A DNA stretch of 64,000 bases from an uncultured Acidimicrobiales bacterium (GTDB taxonomy: Bacteria > Actinomycetota > Acidimicrobiia > Acidimicrobiales > Aldehydirespiratoraceae). The stretch's first letter is position 1, and each line of letters begins with the position of its first letter. Positions 36,674-45,274 of this stretch are shown here, piece after piece. The notes beneath the pieces were generated by a model. The model ran no database searches. It was not told where the DNA came from and saw nothing but the letters and a program-made list of their open reading frames with translations. The translations under genes were made by a program, and so were the position numbers. The stretch covers positions 579,808-643,807 of the forward strand of contig CATQHS010000001.1 of assembly GCA_958296055.1 (NCBI GenBank). Reading direction: 5' to 3'.

Positions 36674-36760
36674 GCGCCAGGCCGGGGGGTGGCACGGGGG
36701 TTAGCGTCGGCGCCGCTTGCGGCGACGACCGCCCCCGTGACAGGACCCGCCGGCCGGGAC
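36674..36760 (+). repeat. 87-nt palindromic MITE/REP-like element, copy C
   Basis: It lies between the ribokinase and nucleoside hydrolase genes. Reiterated GGCCGGGACGAACCGCCGACC-like end fragments follow it up to about 36840. Confidence 0.85.
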
Positions 36761-36861
36761 GAACCCCAACCAGCCAGCCAAGGCAGCCGGCCAGCCAGGA
36801 CGAACCGCCGACCAGCCGGACGGCCGGGACGAACCGCCGACCGGCACCCTAGGCTCGGCCC

Positions 36862-37809
36862 GTGAGCGCCGATACCCCGCCCGGTGACCGGCCCCGGATA
36901 CTGCTCGACTGCGATCCGGGCCTCGACGACGCCGTCGCCATCCTGGTCGCCGCCCATCACGGCGACTTGGTGGGGATCACCACCGTCAGCGGGAACGTCG
37001 GCCTCGACCACACCACCCGCAACGCCTTGGCCGTCGCCGAGATGGCCGAGCTCGACGTACCGGTGCACCAGGGCGCGGCCCGGCCTCTGGTGGCGGAGGC
37101 CCGGGATGCGGCCCGAGTCCACGGCCCCACCGGGCTGGGCGACGTCCACCTGCCCGAACCGGCCCGATCAGCGGCACCCGGCGCCGTCGACTTCATCTCC
37201 GATACGGCCCGGGCCGTCGACGGCCTCCAGCTTGTGGCGATCGGCCCGCTCACCAACGTGGCCCTAGCGCTGCGCAATGACCCCGACTTGGTCGGCCGTC
37301 TGGCCGGGATCACCGTCATGGGCGGGTCGGCCGGCGGCGGCAACGTCACCGCCGCCGCCGAGTTCAACATCTGGGCCGACCCCGAAGCCGCCGCCATCGT
37401 CTTCGCCGAGGGGACTCCGGTCACCATGGTCGGCCTGAACGCCACCCACCAAGTGCTGTTCGGCCCGCCCGAGGCCGACCGGATGCGGGCCGCAGGCCCA
37501 CCGGCGGGCACCTTCGCCGCCGACTTGGTGGCCTACGCCCACCGGCGGGGCCTGGAGGCCGGACACCCGGCCACCCCCCTGCACGACGCGGTGGCCGTCA
37601 TCGCCGTCACCCACCCCCGGCTGTTCGCCACATCGCGCCGCCCGGTGGCCGTGGAGTTGCGGGGCGAGCACACCCGGGGCATGACCGTGGTGGACGACCG
37701 GCCCAGCGCCGACGGCACCGGGGGCTGCGACGTAGTGCGCGACGTTCAGGCCGACCGGGTCAGGGAACTCGTAGTCGAAGCAGTGACGGCCGCGCCGCCC
37801 GCCGGGTAG
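36862..37809 (+). CDS. nucleoside hydrolase (IUNH family)
   Basis: N-terminal Asp cluster ILLDCDPGLDDAVAI. GTG start. Confidence 0.8.
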   Translation: MSADTPPGDRPRILLDCDPGLDDAVAILVAAHHGDLVGITTVSGNVGLDHTTRNALAVAEMAELDVPVHQGAARPLVAEARDAARVHGPTGLGDVHLPEPARSAAPGAVDFISDTARAVDGLQLVAIGPLTNVALALRNDPDLVGRLAGITVMGGSAGGGNVTAAAEFNIWADPEAAAIVFAEGTPVTMVGLNATHQVLFGPPEADRMRAAGPPAGTFAADLVAYAHRRGLEAGHPATPLHDAVAVIAVTHPRLFATSRRPVAVELRGEHTRGMTVVDDRPSADGTGGCDVVRDVQADRVRELVVEAVTAAPPAG

Positions 37810-37922
37810 AGAGCCACCCGATATCAAGCATCCCCGGTGAAACCACCCGTAGCGAGCCCGCAACAGAGACCACCCCACAGCCGGGCCTCCCGGTAGAGGC
37901 AACCTCAACAAACAAGCCTCGG

Positions 37923-38345
37923 TCAGAGCGCGTCGAGTCCCGAAGGGTCGATGCGACGGCGGCCCCGCTTGGTCTCGGACCGCCGGCGCTTCCAGTCGAG
38001 CCGGCGGCGGCGAGCCCGGCGGGACGGACGGGTGGGCCGCCTCGGCTCGGCGGAAGCGAGCCCGTCGCGCAGCCGCTGCTCCAGCCGGTCGAGCGCGATG
38101 TCCCGGTTGCGGGCCTGCGACCGGGTGTCGTCCACCACCAACCGCAGAACCGGGCCGAACCGCTCGGTCAGCCTGCGGCGGGCCTCGGTCGACATGGTCC
38201 CGGCCTCGGCCAGGTCGAGGGTCGCCTCCACCCTGGTGCTCGAGCGGTTGGCGTGCTGACCGCCCGGCCCGCCGGAGGGGCTGAACCGCCAGGCGACCGC
38301 CGCGACCGGCACGGTCCCGCCCGGAAAGGTGAGGTCGCGTTCCAC
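37923..38345 (-). CDS. arfB: alternative ribosome-rescue factor ArfB (peptidyl-tRNA hydrolase, RF-like)
   Basis: GGQ motif (GPGGQHANRSSTRV) and a basic C-terminal tail. Confidence 0.85.
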   Translation of the reverse strand: MERDLTFPGGTVPVAAVAWRFSPSGGPGGQHANRSSTRVEATLDLAEAGTMSTEARRRLTERFGPVLRLVVDDTRSQARNRDIALDRLEQRLRDGLASAEPRRPTRPSRRARRRRLDWKRRRSETKRGRRRIDPSGLDAL

Positions 38346-38410
38346 CCGCCGGAACCTACCGCCGGGCCCCGACAGGCCGTCCGCAGTTCAGCGGGAAACA
38401 GCCAGGCGGT

Positions 38411-38676
38411 TCAGCGGGAGACAGCCTCAGCAAGTACAGATCGTTCGTGGCCGGGCTCGTGGGCGGTCATTACGCGGGCGAACTCGGCGCTCAACTTGCC
38501 CGTCAGCAGATCGCGGAGAAGATGGTCGTCGAGGAAAGCCCTGCTCACGTCGTGGCGAGATCCGGGTCATCGGCCAGAGACCGAACGAAGGCTGCGTGCT
38601 CCTCTCGGCTGAGCAGATCGTCGAGCAGGCACCGCCCAGTCTCATTGTTGCCAGTCTCATTGTTGGCAGTGCTCAT
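38411..38676 (-). other. two tiny overlapping ORFs (43 aa and 45 aa, GTGA overlap); possible decayed TA-like cassette
   Basis: Hand translation. 38676-38545 gives MSTANNETGNNETGRCLLDDLLSREEHAAFVRSLADDPDLATT. 38548-38411 gives VSRAFLDDHLLRDLLTGKLSAEFARVMTAHEPGHERSVLAEAVSR. An 8-bp perfect palindrome lies just upstream (38688-38716). Confidence 0.2.
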
Positions 38677-38773
38677 ACGACAATTTTACTTGGTATGCAG
38701 CACTCGGGTACCAAGTGCCCGATCCGGCAATCTTGCCCGGCGCCCGATCCAGTCGGATCGTGAGGAGCGCCCG

Positions 38774-39367
38774 TCAACCGGGGCGGTGGATCTCGGCCAG
38801 CCAGTGGTCGTCTATCTCGATGGGGCACAGCGACCAGCAGGCGCTCACCAGCCAAGCCACCACCTCGGCGTAACCGGCGCCGGGGGCCACCTCGGCCACG
38901 ATCCCCCGCTTGGCGTGGTCCTGTACCTTCCGCCAGCCCGCGGGCAGGTCCAGGCCCGCGTCCCGGAGCCGGTCCAGGGCCTTGGGCCCGGCCCCGTGGG
39001 CGACGCCGACCACCGCCGGGGCCGGTTTCTTGCCCGCCAATCGGCCGCCAGCCGCCCCGGCCGCCGCCCCGCCCGGCGTCGATTCTTGGTCCTCCGAACC
39101 CCCGGCCGCCGCCCGGCCGCCATACGCCGGACCCCCGGGCACGGCCGGGGTCCAAGTGGCCATGGGCACCACCGGGCCCCGGCCCGAGAACCATCGGCCC
39201 AGCGCCGATGGCGCTGGCAGCCGGTCGATCTGGTCGTCGCGCAGGCCAGGCCCGAGGTTGACCCAGCCCAAGCCGTCGCCTCGAGCCTCCAGAGCGGCCA
39301 TGGCCGCCTCGACCGGCCCGGCCGCGCCCGAGGAGAAGGCGACGGTCTCGATCTCGAATGATCTCAC
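38774..39367 (-). CDS. hypothetical protein
   Basis: The ORF is divergent from metY. It has a globular-looking N-part and C-part separated by a G/A/P linker. No recognised domain. The start (GTG 39367) is uncertain. Confidence 0.35.
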   Translation of the reverse strand: MRSFEIETVAFSSGAAGPVEAAMAALEARGDGLGWVNLGPGLRDDQIDRLPAPSALGRWFSGRGPVVPMATWTPAVPGGPAYGGRAAAGGSEDQESTPGGAAAGAAGGRLAGKKPAPAVVGVAHGAGPKALDRLRDAGLDLPAGWRKVQDHAKRGIVAEVAPGAGYAEVVAWLVSACWSLCPIEIDDHWLAEIHRPG

Positions 39368-39395
39368 CGACGCCGACGGTACCCTCCGACCTGCT

Positions 39396-40691
39396 ATGGC
39401 CGAACGATCCTGGGGCTTCAGGACCAGGGCCCTGCACGCCGGCGCCCCGCCCGATCCCACCACCGGGGCCCGGGCCCTGCCCATCTACCAGTCGACCAGC
39501 TTCGTGTTCGAGGACGCCGCCGACGCGGCCGACCTGTTCGCCCTCCAGAAGTACGGCACCATCTACACCCGCATCTCCAACCCCACCACCGCCGCCTTCG
39601 AGGAGCGCATGGCCAGCCTGGAGGGCGGCATCGGGGCGGTGGCCACCGCCAGCGGCCAGGCCGCCGAGTTCCTCACCGTCACATCCCTGGCCTCGGCCGG
39701 CGACCACATGGTGGCCTCGGCCGGGCTGTACGGCGGCACCTACACCCAGTTCGACGTGACCCTGCGCCGCCTGGGCATCGACACCACCTTCGTGGAAGGC
39801 GCCGACCCCTGCGCCTTCGCCGCCGCCGTCCGGCCCGAGACCAAACTGCTGTACACCGAGATCATCGCCAACCCGTCGGGGGCGGTGGCCGACGTGGAGG
39901 CCCTGGCCGACGTGGCCCAAGCCCACAAACTCCCCCTGGCCGTGGACTCCACCTTCGCCACCCCTTATTTGTGCCGCCCCCTCGACCACGGCGCCGACAT
40001 CGCCCTGCACTCGGCCACCAAGTTCCTGGGCGGCCACGGCACCTCCATCGCCGGGGTGGTCGTCGAGGCGGGCCGGTTCGACTGGTCCTCGGGCCGGTTC
40101 GGCGACTTCACCGAGCCCATACCGAGCTACAACGGCCTGCGGTGGTGGGGGAACTTCGGCGAGTACGCCTTCTGCACCAAGCTGAGAGCCGAGCAGTTGC
40201 GCGACGTGGGCGCCTGCCTCTCGCCGTTCAACGCCTTTTTGCTCATGCAGGGGCTGGAGACGCTGCCGCTGCGCATGGACGCCCACGTGGCCAACGCCCG
40301 GGCCGCGGCCGAGTGGCTCGACGCCGACCCCAGGGTCTCCTGGGTGAAGTGGGCCGGCCTGGCCGACCACCCCCACCACGATCTGGCCCGCCGCTACCTG
40401 CCCAAGGGGCCGGGCGCCGTCTTCGCCTTCGGGGTCAAAGGCGGCCGGGCGGCCGGGGTCCGCTTCATCGAGTCTCTGCAGCTCATCTCCCATCTGGCCA
40501 ACGTGGGCGACGCCAAGTCGCTGGTCATCCACCCGGCCTCCACCACCCACCAGCAGCTATCCGACGACGAGCTGGCCGCGGCCGGGGTGGGCGAGGACTT
40601 GGTGCGGTTCTCGGTGGGGTTAGAGGACATCGACGACATCCTGTGGGACCTGGACCAAGCCCTAGACGCCGCCGGAGACGGCCGTGGCTGA
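39396..40691 (+). CDS. metY: O-acetylhomoserine aminocarboxypropyltransferase/sulfhydrylase
   Basis: N-terminal pattern FRTRALHAGAPPDPTTGARALPIYQSTSFVF. The PLP-lysine context is HSATKFLGGHG. Confidence 0.9.
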   Translation: MAERSWGFRTRALHAGAPPDPTTGARALPIYQSTSFVFEDAADAADLFALQKYGTIYTRISNPTTAAFEERMASLEGGIGAVATASGQAAEFLTVTSLASAGDHMVASAGLYGGTYTQFDVTLRRLGIDTTFVEGADPCAFAAAVRPETKLLYTEIIANPSGAVADVEALADVAQAHKLPLAVDSTFATPYLCRPLDHGADIALHSATKFLGGHGTSIAGVVVEAGRFDWSSGRFGDFTEPIPSYNGLRWWGNFGEYAFCTKLRAEQLRDVGACLSPFNAFLLMQGLETLPLRMDAHVANARAAAEWLDADPRVSWVKWAGLADHPHHDLARRYLPKGPGAVFAFGVKGGRAAGVRFIESLQLISHLANVGDAKSLVIHPASTTHQQLSDDELAAAGVGEDLVRFSVGLEDIDDILWDLDQALDAAGDGRG

Positions 40692-40744
40692 GCCCGCAAC
40701 CGAGGCCGGGGCCGGGGCCAGGGCCGAAACCCCCGGAGCAGGCC

Positions 40745-41281
40745 GTGGCTGAGCCCGCAACCAGGGACGAACTCCGGCCCGAGGAGGCCGAGGCTGTCGA
40801 GGGGTGGTCGCCGCCCACCGCCCAGCAGCGGCGGGCCATCCTGCGGCGGTCCCAGTCGGTGGCCATGGTGGGGGCGTCGTCGAACCCGGCCCGGGCCAGC
40901 AACTTCGTGGCCACCTACCTGCTGTCGTCGTCCACCGACTACGACGTTTACTTCGTCAACCCCCGGGAGACCGAGATCTACGGCCGGCCGGTGTATGAGT
41001 CGCTGGCGGACCTGCCGACGGCACCCGACATCGTCGACGTGTTCCGCCGGTCCGAGGACCTGCCCGAGGCGGCCGACGCCGCCATCGCCGCCGGGGCCCG
41101 CACCTTCTGGGCCCAGCTCGGCCTGTGGAGCCCCGAGGCCGTCCGCCGGTGCACCGCCGCCGGGGTGGAAGTGGTGATGAACCGCTGCCTCAAGATCGAG
41201 CACGCCCGCTTCGGCGGCGGGCTGAACCTGGCCGGCTTCAACACCGGCGTCATCACCTCCCGGCGTCACTCCCGCATCTGA
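40745..41281 (+). CDS. CoA-binding domain protein (YccU/YneT-like)
   Basis: Family pattern SVAMVGASSNPARASNFVATYLL...VYFVNP...DIVDVFR. The GTG start lies in the second copy of a 22-bp core repeated 61 bp apart. Confidence 0.7.
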   Translation: MAEPATRDELRPEEAEAVEGWSPPTAQQRRAILRRSQSVAMVGASSNPARASNFVATYLLSSSTDYDVYFVNPRETEIYGRPVYESLADLPTAPDIVDVFRRSEDLPEAADAAIAAGARTFWAQLGLWSPEAVRRCTAAGVEVVMNRCLKIEHARFGGGLNLAGFNTGVITSRRHSRI

Positions 41282-41355
41282 CCGGCGGGCACGCCCTTGA
41301 GTTCTCTGATCCCTACATTCATGTAGTTCTGGTAGATGTTGTCACACTTCACCCT

Positions 41356-41367
41356 TACACTGACTGC
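41356..41367 (+). promoter_or_regulatory. possible -10 element (TACACT) for a leaderless RNA-ligase transcript
   Basis: TACACT (a TANNNT match) at 41356-41361 lies 6 nt before ATG 41368. The surrounding region 41282-41367 is AT-rich. No good -35 was seen. Confidence 0.3.
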
Positions 41368-42420
41368 ATGAGCGATTTGCGTGTGCCGGTGATCCGATAC
41401 GAGTCGGAGCCGCACCCCAACGCCGACGCGTTGGAGCTGGCCGTCGTCGGCGGCTGGCGAGTGTGCTGCCGGATCGGCGACTTCACCGAAGGCCAGAAGG
41501 TGGCCCACATCCCGGAGCAGTCGGTGCTGCCCGCCGACCTCATCGAGGAGATGGGGCTGGCCGACCCGCCGCGGCTCGCCGGTTCGGCGCACAACCGGGT
41601 CAAGGCGATCAGGCTGCGGGGCGTCGTGTCCCAAGGCTTGATCTACGCCGGGCCGCGGATTGACGGCCTCGAGGTCGGCGACGATGCCGAGGAAGCGCTG
41701 GGCCTCACCAAATGGGAGCCCCCGATCCCGGTGTCGATGACCGGGCTGCTGGACCGGGGCGGCCCCAAGATCAGCTTCGACGTGGAGGACGTCAAGTCGT
41801 TCCCCGACATGCTGGCCGCAGGCGAGGCGGTGGTGGTCACCGAGAAGCTGCACGGCACCTGCTGTTGCATCGGCTGGTGGAGCCGCGGGCCAGACCCGGA
41901 ACCCGTCGCCGCGTCAAAGGGCCGCATCAATCAGGGGCTGCGGTTCCGGGTTGACGCGCCCGAGAACGACAAGAACGTGTATGTCCGGGCCTTCCGCGAG
42001 CACGCCGAGGGACTGCGGGCCGCATGGGAGGCGGCGGGGTCGCCGCCCGAAGGGTTCGTGATGTTCGGGGAGATCGTCGGCCCCCGCATCCAGGACCTCA
42101 AATACGACCTCTCCCGCCCCGAGTTCAGAGCGTTCGGGGCTTGGTCTGCCGGGCACTGGCTGGACTGGGACGAAACCGTCGCCGCGGCCGAAACCGCGGG
42201 GGCCGCCACCGTGCCGGTGCTGACCCGAGGCGAATGGTCCGATAGCCTGATCGACGAGCTGACATCGGGCCAGTCGGCGGCGGCCTCCCACCTCCGGGAG
42301 GGAATCGTGATTCAGGCCGACCCGGTCCGCTACGACTGGGACAGCGGCCTGGGCCGGGTGATCGTCAAGTCCGTGTCGCCCAAATACCTGTTCCGCAAAG
42401 GCGGTACAGAACACAACTAA
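41368..42420 (+). CDS. RNA ligase, DRB0094 (Rnl5)-like, with N-terminal OB/tRNA-binding-like domain
   Basis: The N-terminal HPNADALELAVVGGW matches the HPNADKL-type OB fold. The nucleotidyltransferase motif I is EKLHGT. The end ...VIVKSVSPKYLFRKG is typical of the family. Confidence 0.7.
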   Translation: MSDLRVPVIRYESEPHPNADALELAVVGGWRVCCRIGDFTEGQKVAHIPEQSVLPADLIEEMGLADPPRLAGSAHNRVKAIRLRGVVSQGLIYAGPRIDGLEVGDDAEEALGLTKWEPPIPVSMTGLLDRGGPKISFDVEDVKSFPDMLAAGEAVVVTEKLHGTCCCIGWWSRGPDPEPVAASKGRINQGLRFRVDAPENDKNVYVRAFREHAEGLRAAWEAAGSPPEGFVMFGEIVGPRIQDLKYDLSRPEFRAFGAWSAGHWLDWDETVAAAETAGAATVPVLTRGEWSDSLIDELTSGQSAAASHLREGIVIQADPVRYDWDSGLGRVIVKSVSPKYLFRKGGTEHN

Positions 42421-42484
42421 CCAACCGCGGCAGCGTCGTGGGACTGCCGTCTGCTGGACGCTGGCCCCGGCAGTAGGGTGAAGT

Positions 42485-43408
42485 GTGGAGGAGACCTTGA
42501 TAGGCGATGTACCTCTAGTCAATGAACAGATAATCAATCGAGTCATCTTCGGCGACAACATGGAGGTGCTGCCGTCGCTGTCTGCGGCTTCTGCTCGGTT
42601 GATCTACATCGATCCGCCGTTCAACACGGGAACGACCCGGGTGAGGCGGACATTGGAGACGGTTCGCAGCGACGACGGCGACCGAACCGGCTTCGGCGGG
42701 CGCACCTATAGCTCGGCCGAGCTCGGCCGCACCGAGTACAGCGACAGCTTCGACAGCTATCTCGATTTCATCGAGCCACGGTTGCGCCAGGCCCGCCGTC
42801 TGCTCACTGATGACGGCACCCTGTATCTGCATCTCGACTACCGCGAGGCTCACTACTGCAAGGTGCTGCTCGACGAAATCTTCGGGCGGGAGTGCTTCAT
42901 AAACGAGATCATCTGGGCCTACGACTACGGCGGGCGCTCCAAGCGGCGATGGGCCGCCAAGCACGACACCATCCTCATGTACGCCAAAAACCCGGACGGC
43001 TATTTCTTCGACCAAGGCGCCGTCGAGCGCATCCCCTACATGGCGCCAGGGCTGGTATCAGCCGAGAAGGCAAGCCGGGGCAAGCTGCCCACCGACGTCT
43101 GGTGGCACACCATCGTCGCCACCAACGGCTCGGAGAAGACCGGCTACGCCACTCAGAAGCCCGAAGGGGTGCTGCGCCGCATCATCTCCGCGTCGTCACA
43201 GCCCGGCGATCTGGTGCTGGACTTCTTCGCCGGATCGGGAACCACCGCGGCGGTAGCCCGCCAGCTCGGACGCTCGTTCCTGCTCGTAGACAGCAACTGG
43301 ACCGCCATCGAGACCATCGCCCGCCGGCTGGGCCCCACCGGCATCGCCTACACCGACGCAGCCGGCCACCCCATCAACGAACGCCTCCCCTCGCTGGTGT
43401 CGACGTAG
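42485..43408 (+). CDS. site-specific DNA amino-methyltransferase, beta class (N6A or N4C), orphan
   Basis: Motif IV IYIDPPFN precedes motif I DFFAGSGTT, which is the beta-class order. GTG start. No adjacent endonuclease was recognised. Confidence 0.8.
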   Translation: MEETLIGDVPLVNEQIINRVIFGDNMEVLPSLSAASARLIYIDPPFNTGTTRVRRTLETVRSDDGDRTGFGGRTYSSAELGRTEYSDSFDSYLDFIEPRLRQARRLLTDDGTLYLHLDYREAHYCKVLLDEIFGRECFINEIIWAYDYGGRSKRRWAAKHDTILMYAKNPDGYFFDQGAVERIPYMAPGLVSAEKASRGKLPTDVWWHTIVATNGSEKTGYATQKPEGVLRRIISASSQPGDLVLDFFAGSGTTAAVARQLGRSFLLVDSNWTAIETIARRLGPTGIAYTDAAGHPINERLPSLVST

Positions 43409-43412
43409 AGCG

Positions 43413-43568
43413 TCACTGGCGATCCTCGTCGAGCACATCAGCGCCGCGCCGCGGCGAAGTGCACCGAACGACGGGTTCCAGCCGATGGCGCTTCGGAGGG
43501 GTGATCCATCCCTCTTCGATCCCCCGGTCGAGTATCGAAGCCCCGTCGAAATCTTCGATCCGCTTCAT
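43413..43568 (-). CDS. small hypothetical protein (51 aa) translationally coupled to map
   Basis: ATG 43568 overlaps the map TGA (ATGA). Sequence: MKRIEDFDGASILDRGIEEGWITPPKRHRLEPVVRCTSPRRGADVLDEDRQ. No recognised domain. Confidence 0.3.
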   Translation of the reverse strand: MKRIEDFDGASILDRGIEEGWITPPKRHRLEPVVRCTSPRRGADVLDEDRQ

Positions 43569-44536
43569 GAGAGGGTCAAGGCGTCGAGGAACAGGTCGTG
43601 GGCGCATTCGCCGGCCGGGGTGGCGGTCAGGATCTGAGCCCCGCCGGCGGCGCAGGCCAGGGTGTGCTCGAACTGGGCGGTGCGGCGTCCGTCCCGGGTG
43701 ACCGCGGTCCACTGGTCGTCCCAGATCTCCACCTGGGGGGCGCCGAGGGTGAGCATGGGCTCGATGGTGAAGGTCATCGCCTCGGCCAGGGCGGTGTCGG
43801 CGAAGCGGTCGTAGTAGTGCGGTATCTGCAGGCCAGCGTGGAACTCGGTCCCCACCCCGTGGCCGATGAACTCCCGCACCACCCCCAGGCCAGCGCGGCC
43901 GGCGCGGGTCTCGATGGCCCGGCCGATGTCGGACACCGGCGCCCCCGGCCGCACCGCCTCGATCCCGGCGTACAGCGCGGCCCGGGTCTCGGCCACCAGC
44001 CGCCGGGAGTGCTCGTCTACGTCGCCCACCATCACCGTGACCGAGGTGTCGCCGTGCACCCCCTCGCGGTACACGGTGACGTCGATGTTGACGATGTCGC
44101 CGTCGGCCAGCTTGCGGGAGTCGGGGATGCCGTGGCAGATCACCTCGTTCACCGAGGTGCACACCGACTTGGGGAAGCCCCGGTAGCCGAGCGGGCTCGG
44201 GTAGGCGCCAGCCGCCACCGCCGCGTCGTGCACGAAGCGGTCCAGCGAGTCGGTGGCCACCCCCGGCGCCACCCGCTCGCAAGCCCGGATGAGGATCTCG
44301 GCGGCCAGGGCCCCGGTGCGGGCCATGGCCTCTAGCTCGGCCGGGGTCCGCACCGGCGCCGACGTGGGACGGCCGGGGTCGCCCGAGGGGTCCAGCGCGT
44401 AGGGGGGCCGGTCGATCCCCCGGGGAACCGGCCGGCGGGGGCTGACCAGGCCGGGCCGCACCGGCGGGTCCGACGCCGGGATGCGGGCCGCGCCCGCCGG
44501 AGCCGCGGGCCGCCGCTTGCGCTTAGCCACGGTCAC
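43565..44536 (-). CDS. map: type I methionyl aminopeptidase with N-terminal extension (type Ic-like)
   Basis: Motifs CHGIPD, DIVNIDVT, GHGVG, FTIEP and QFEHT supply the metal ligands. A Pro-rich N-terminal extension of about 60 aa is present. Confidence 0.9.
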   Translation of the reverse strand: MTVAKRKRRPAAPAGAARIPASDPPVRPGLVSPRRPVPRGIDRPPYALDPSGDPGRPTSAPVRTPAELEAMARTGALAAEILIRACERVAPGVATDSLDRFVHDAAVAAGAYPSPLGYRGFPKSVCTSVNEVICHGIPDSRKLADGDIVNIDVTVYREGVHGDTSVTVMVGDVDEHSRRLVAETRAALYAGIEAVRPGAPVSDIGRAIETRAGRAGLGVVREFIGHGVGTEFHAGLQIPHYYDRFADTALAEAMTFTIEPMLTLGAPQVEIWDDQWTAVTRDGRRTAQFEHTLACAAGGAQILTATPAGECAHDLFLDALTLS

Positions 44537-44613
44537 GCCTGGTCATTGGGTCGCACTCAGCCACGATGCGCTCAGCCACGGTCGTGCTCGCCCACGGCCT
44601 CAGGGTACGAAAC

Positions 44614-45072
44614 TCAGGGCAGGAACCGGCTGACCGACTCGACCACGCAGGCCGGCTTGTCCGCGCCCTCGATCTCCACGGTGATGGTGACGACCGCCTG
44701 CACTCCCCCGCCGGGCAGCTCGACCGCCTCGGTGACCACGGCCGAGCCCCGCACCCTCGACCCCGCCGTCACCGGGTGCGGGAACCTCACCCGGTTGGCC
44801 CCGTAGTTGACCCCCATCGAGGCCCCCTCCACCCGCATGATCTCAGGGAGGAAAAGATTGGTGAGGGCCAGGGTCAGGTAGCCGTGGGCGATGGTGGCGC
44901 CGAAAGGCCCCCGGGCCGCGGCCTGCGGGTCGACGTGGATCCACTGGTGGTCGCCGGTGGCATCGGCGAACAGGTTTATGCGGTCCTGGTCGATGGTGAT
45001 CCAGTGGCTGCGCCCGAGGTGGCGGCCGACGGCGCCAAGCAACTCCCGGGGGGAGGCGAAGACGGCGGTCAC
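44614..45072 (-). CDS. MaoC family dehydratase
   Basis: Hot-dog fold motif FADATGDHQWIHVDPQAA...GATIAHGY. The start region lies in an about 40-bp x3 tandem repeat (45085-45195), so the start is uncertain (alternative ATG 45126). Confidence 0.75.
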   Translation of the reverse strand: MTAVFASPRELLGAVGRHLGRSHWITIDQDRINLFADATGDHQWIHVDPQAAARGPFGATIAHGYLTLALTNLFLPEIMRVEGASMGVNYGANRVRFPHPVTAGSRVRGSAVVTEAVELPGGGVQAVVTITVEIEGADKPACVVESVSRFLP

Positions 45073-45274
45073 GCGCCCGACGCTACCGGGCCGCCCGGCC
45101 GCCGGGCTCCGATCAGCGGGCATCACCGGACCGCCCGGCCGCCGGGTCCGAACAGCGGCCGGTCACCAGGCCGCCCGGCCCGGATCATCGGGGGGCCGAT
45201 CGGGCGGCGCTACCCTGCCCCGACGGGCCAGCCGACCCGGCCATTCGGCACCACCGGCGAACGGGAGAAACCAA

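Noticed and set aside
39240-39395. SAM riboswitch upstream of metY
   Set aside because: Only about 30 nt separate metY from the divergent ORF. I see none of the conserved SAM-IV/SAM-I sequence blocks in the upstream 150 nt. A covariance-model scan would be the definitive check.
42421-43568. Restriction endonuclease partner for the methyltransferase
   Set aside because: No ORF of suitable size lies on either side. Upstream is the RNA ligase. Downstream is a 51-codon ORF and then map. I therefore call it an orphan methyltransferase.
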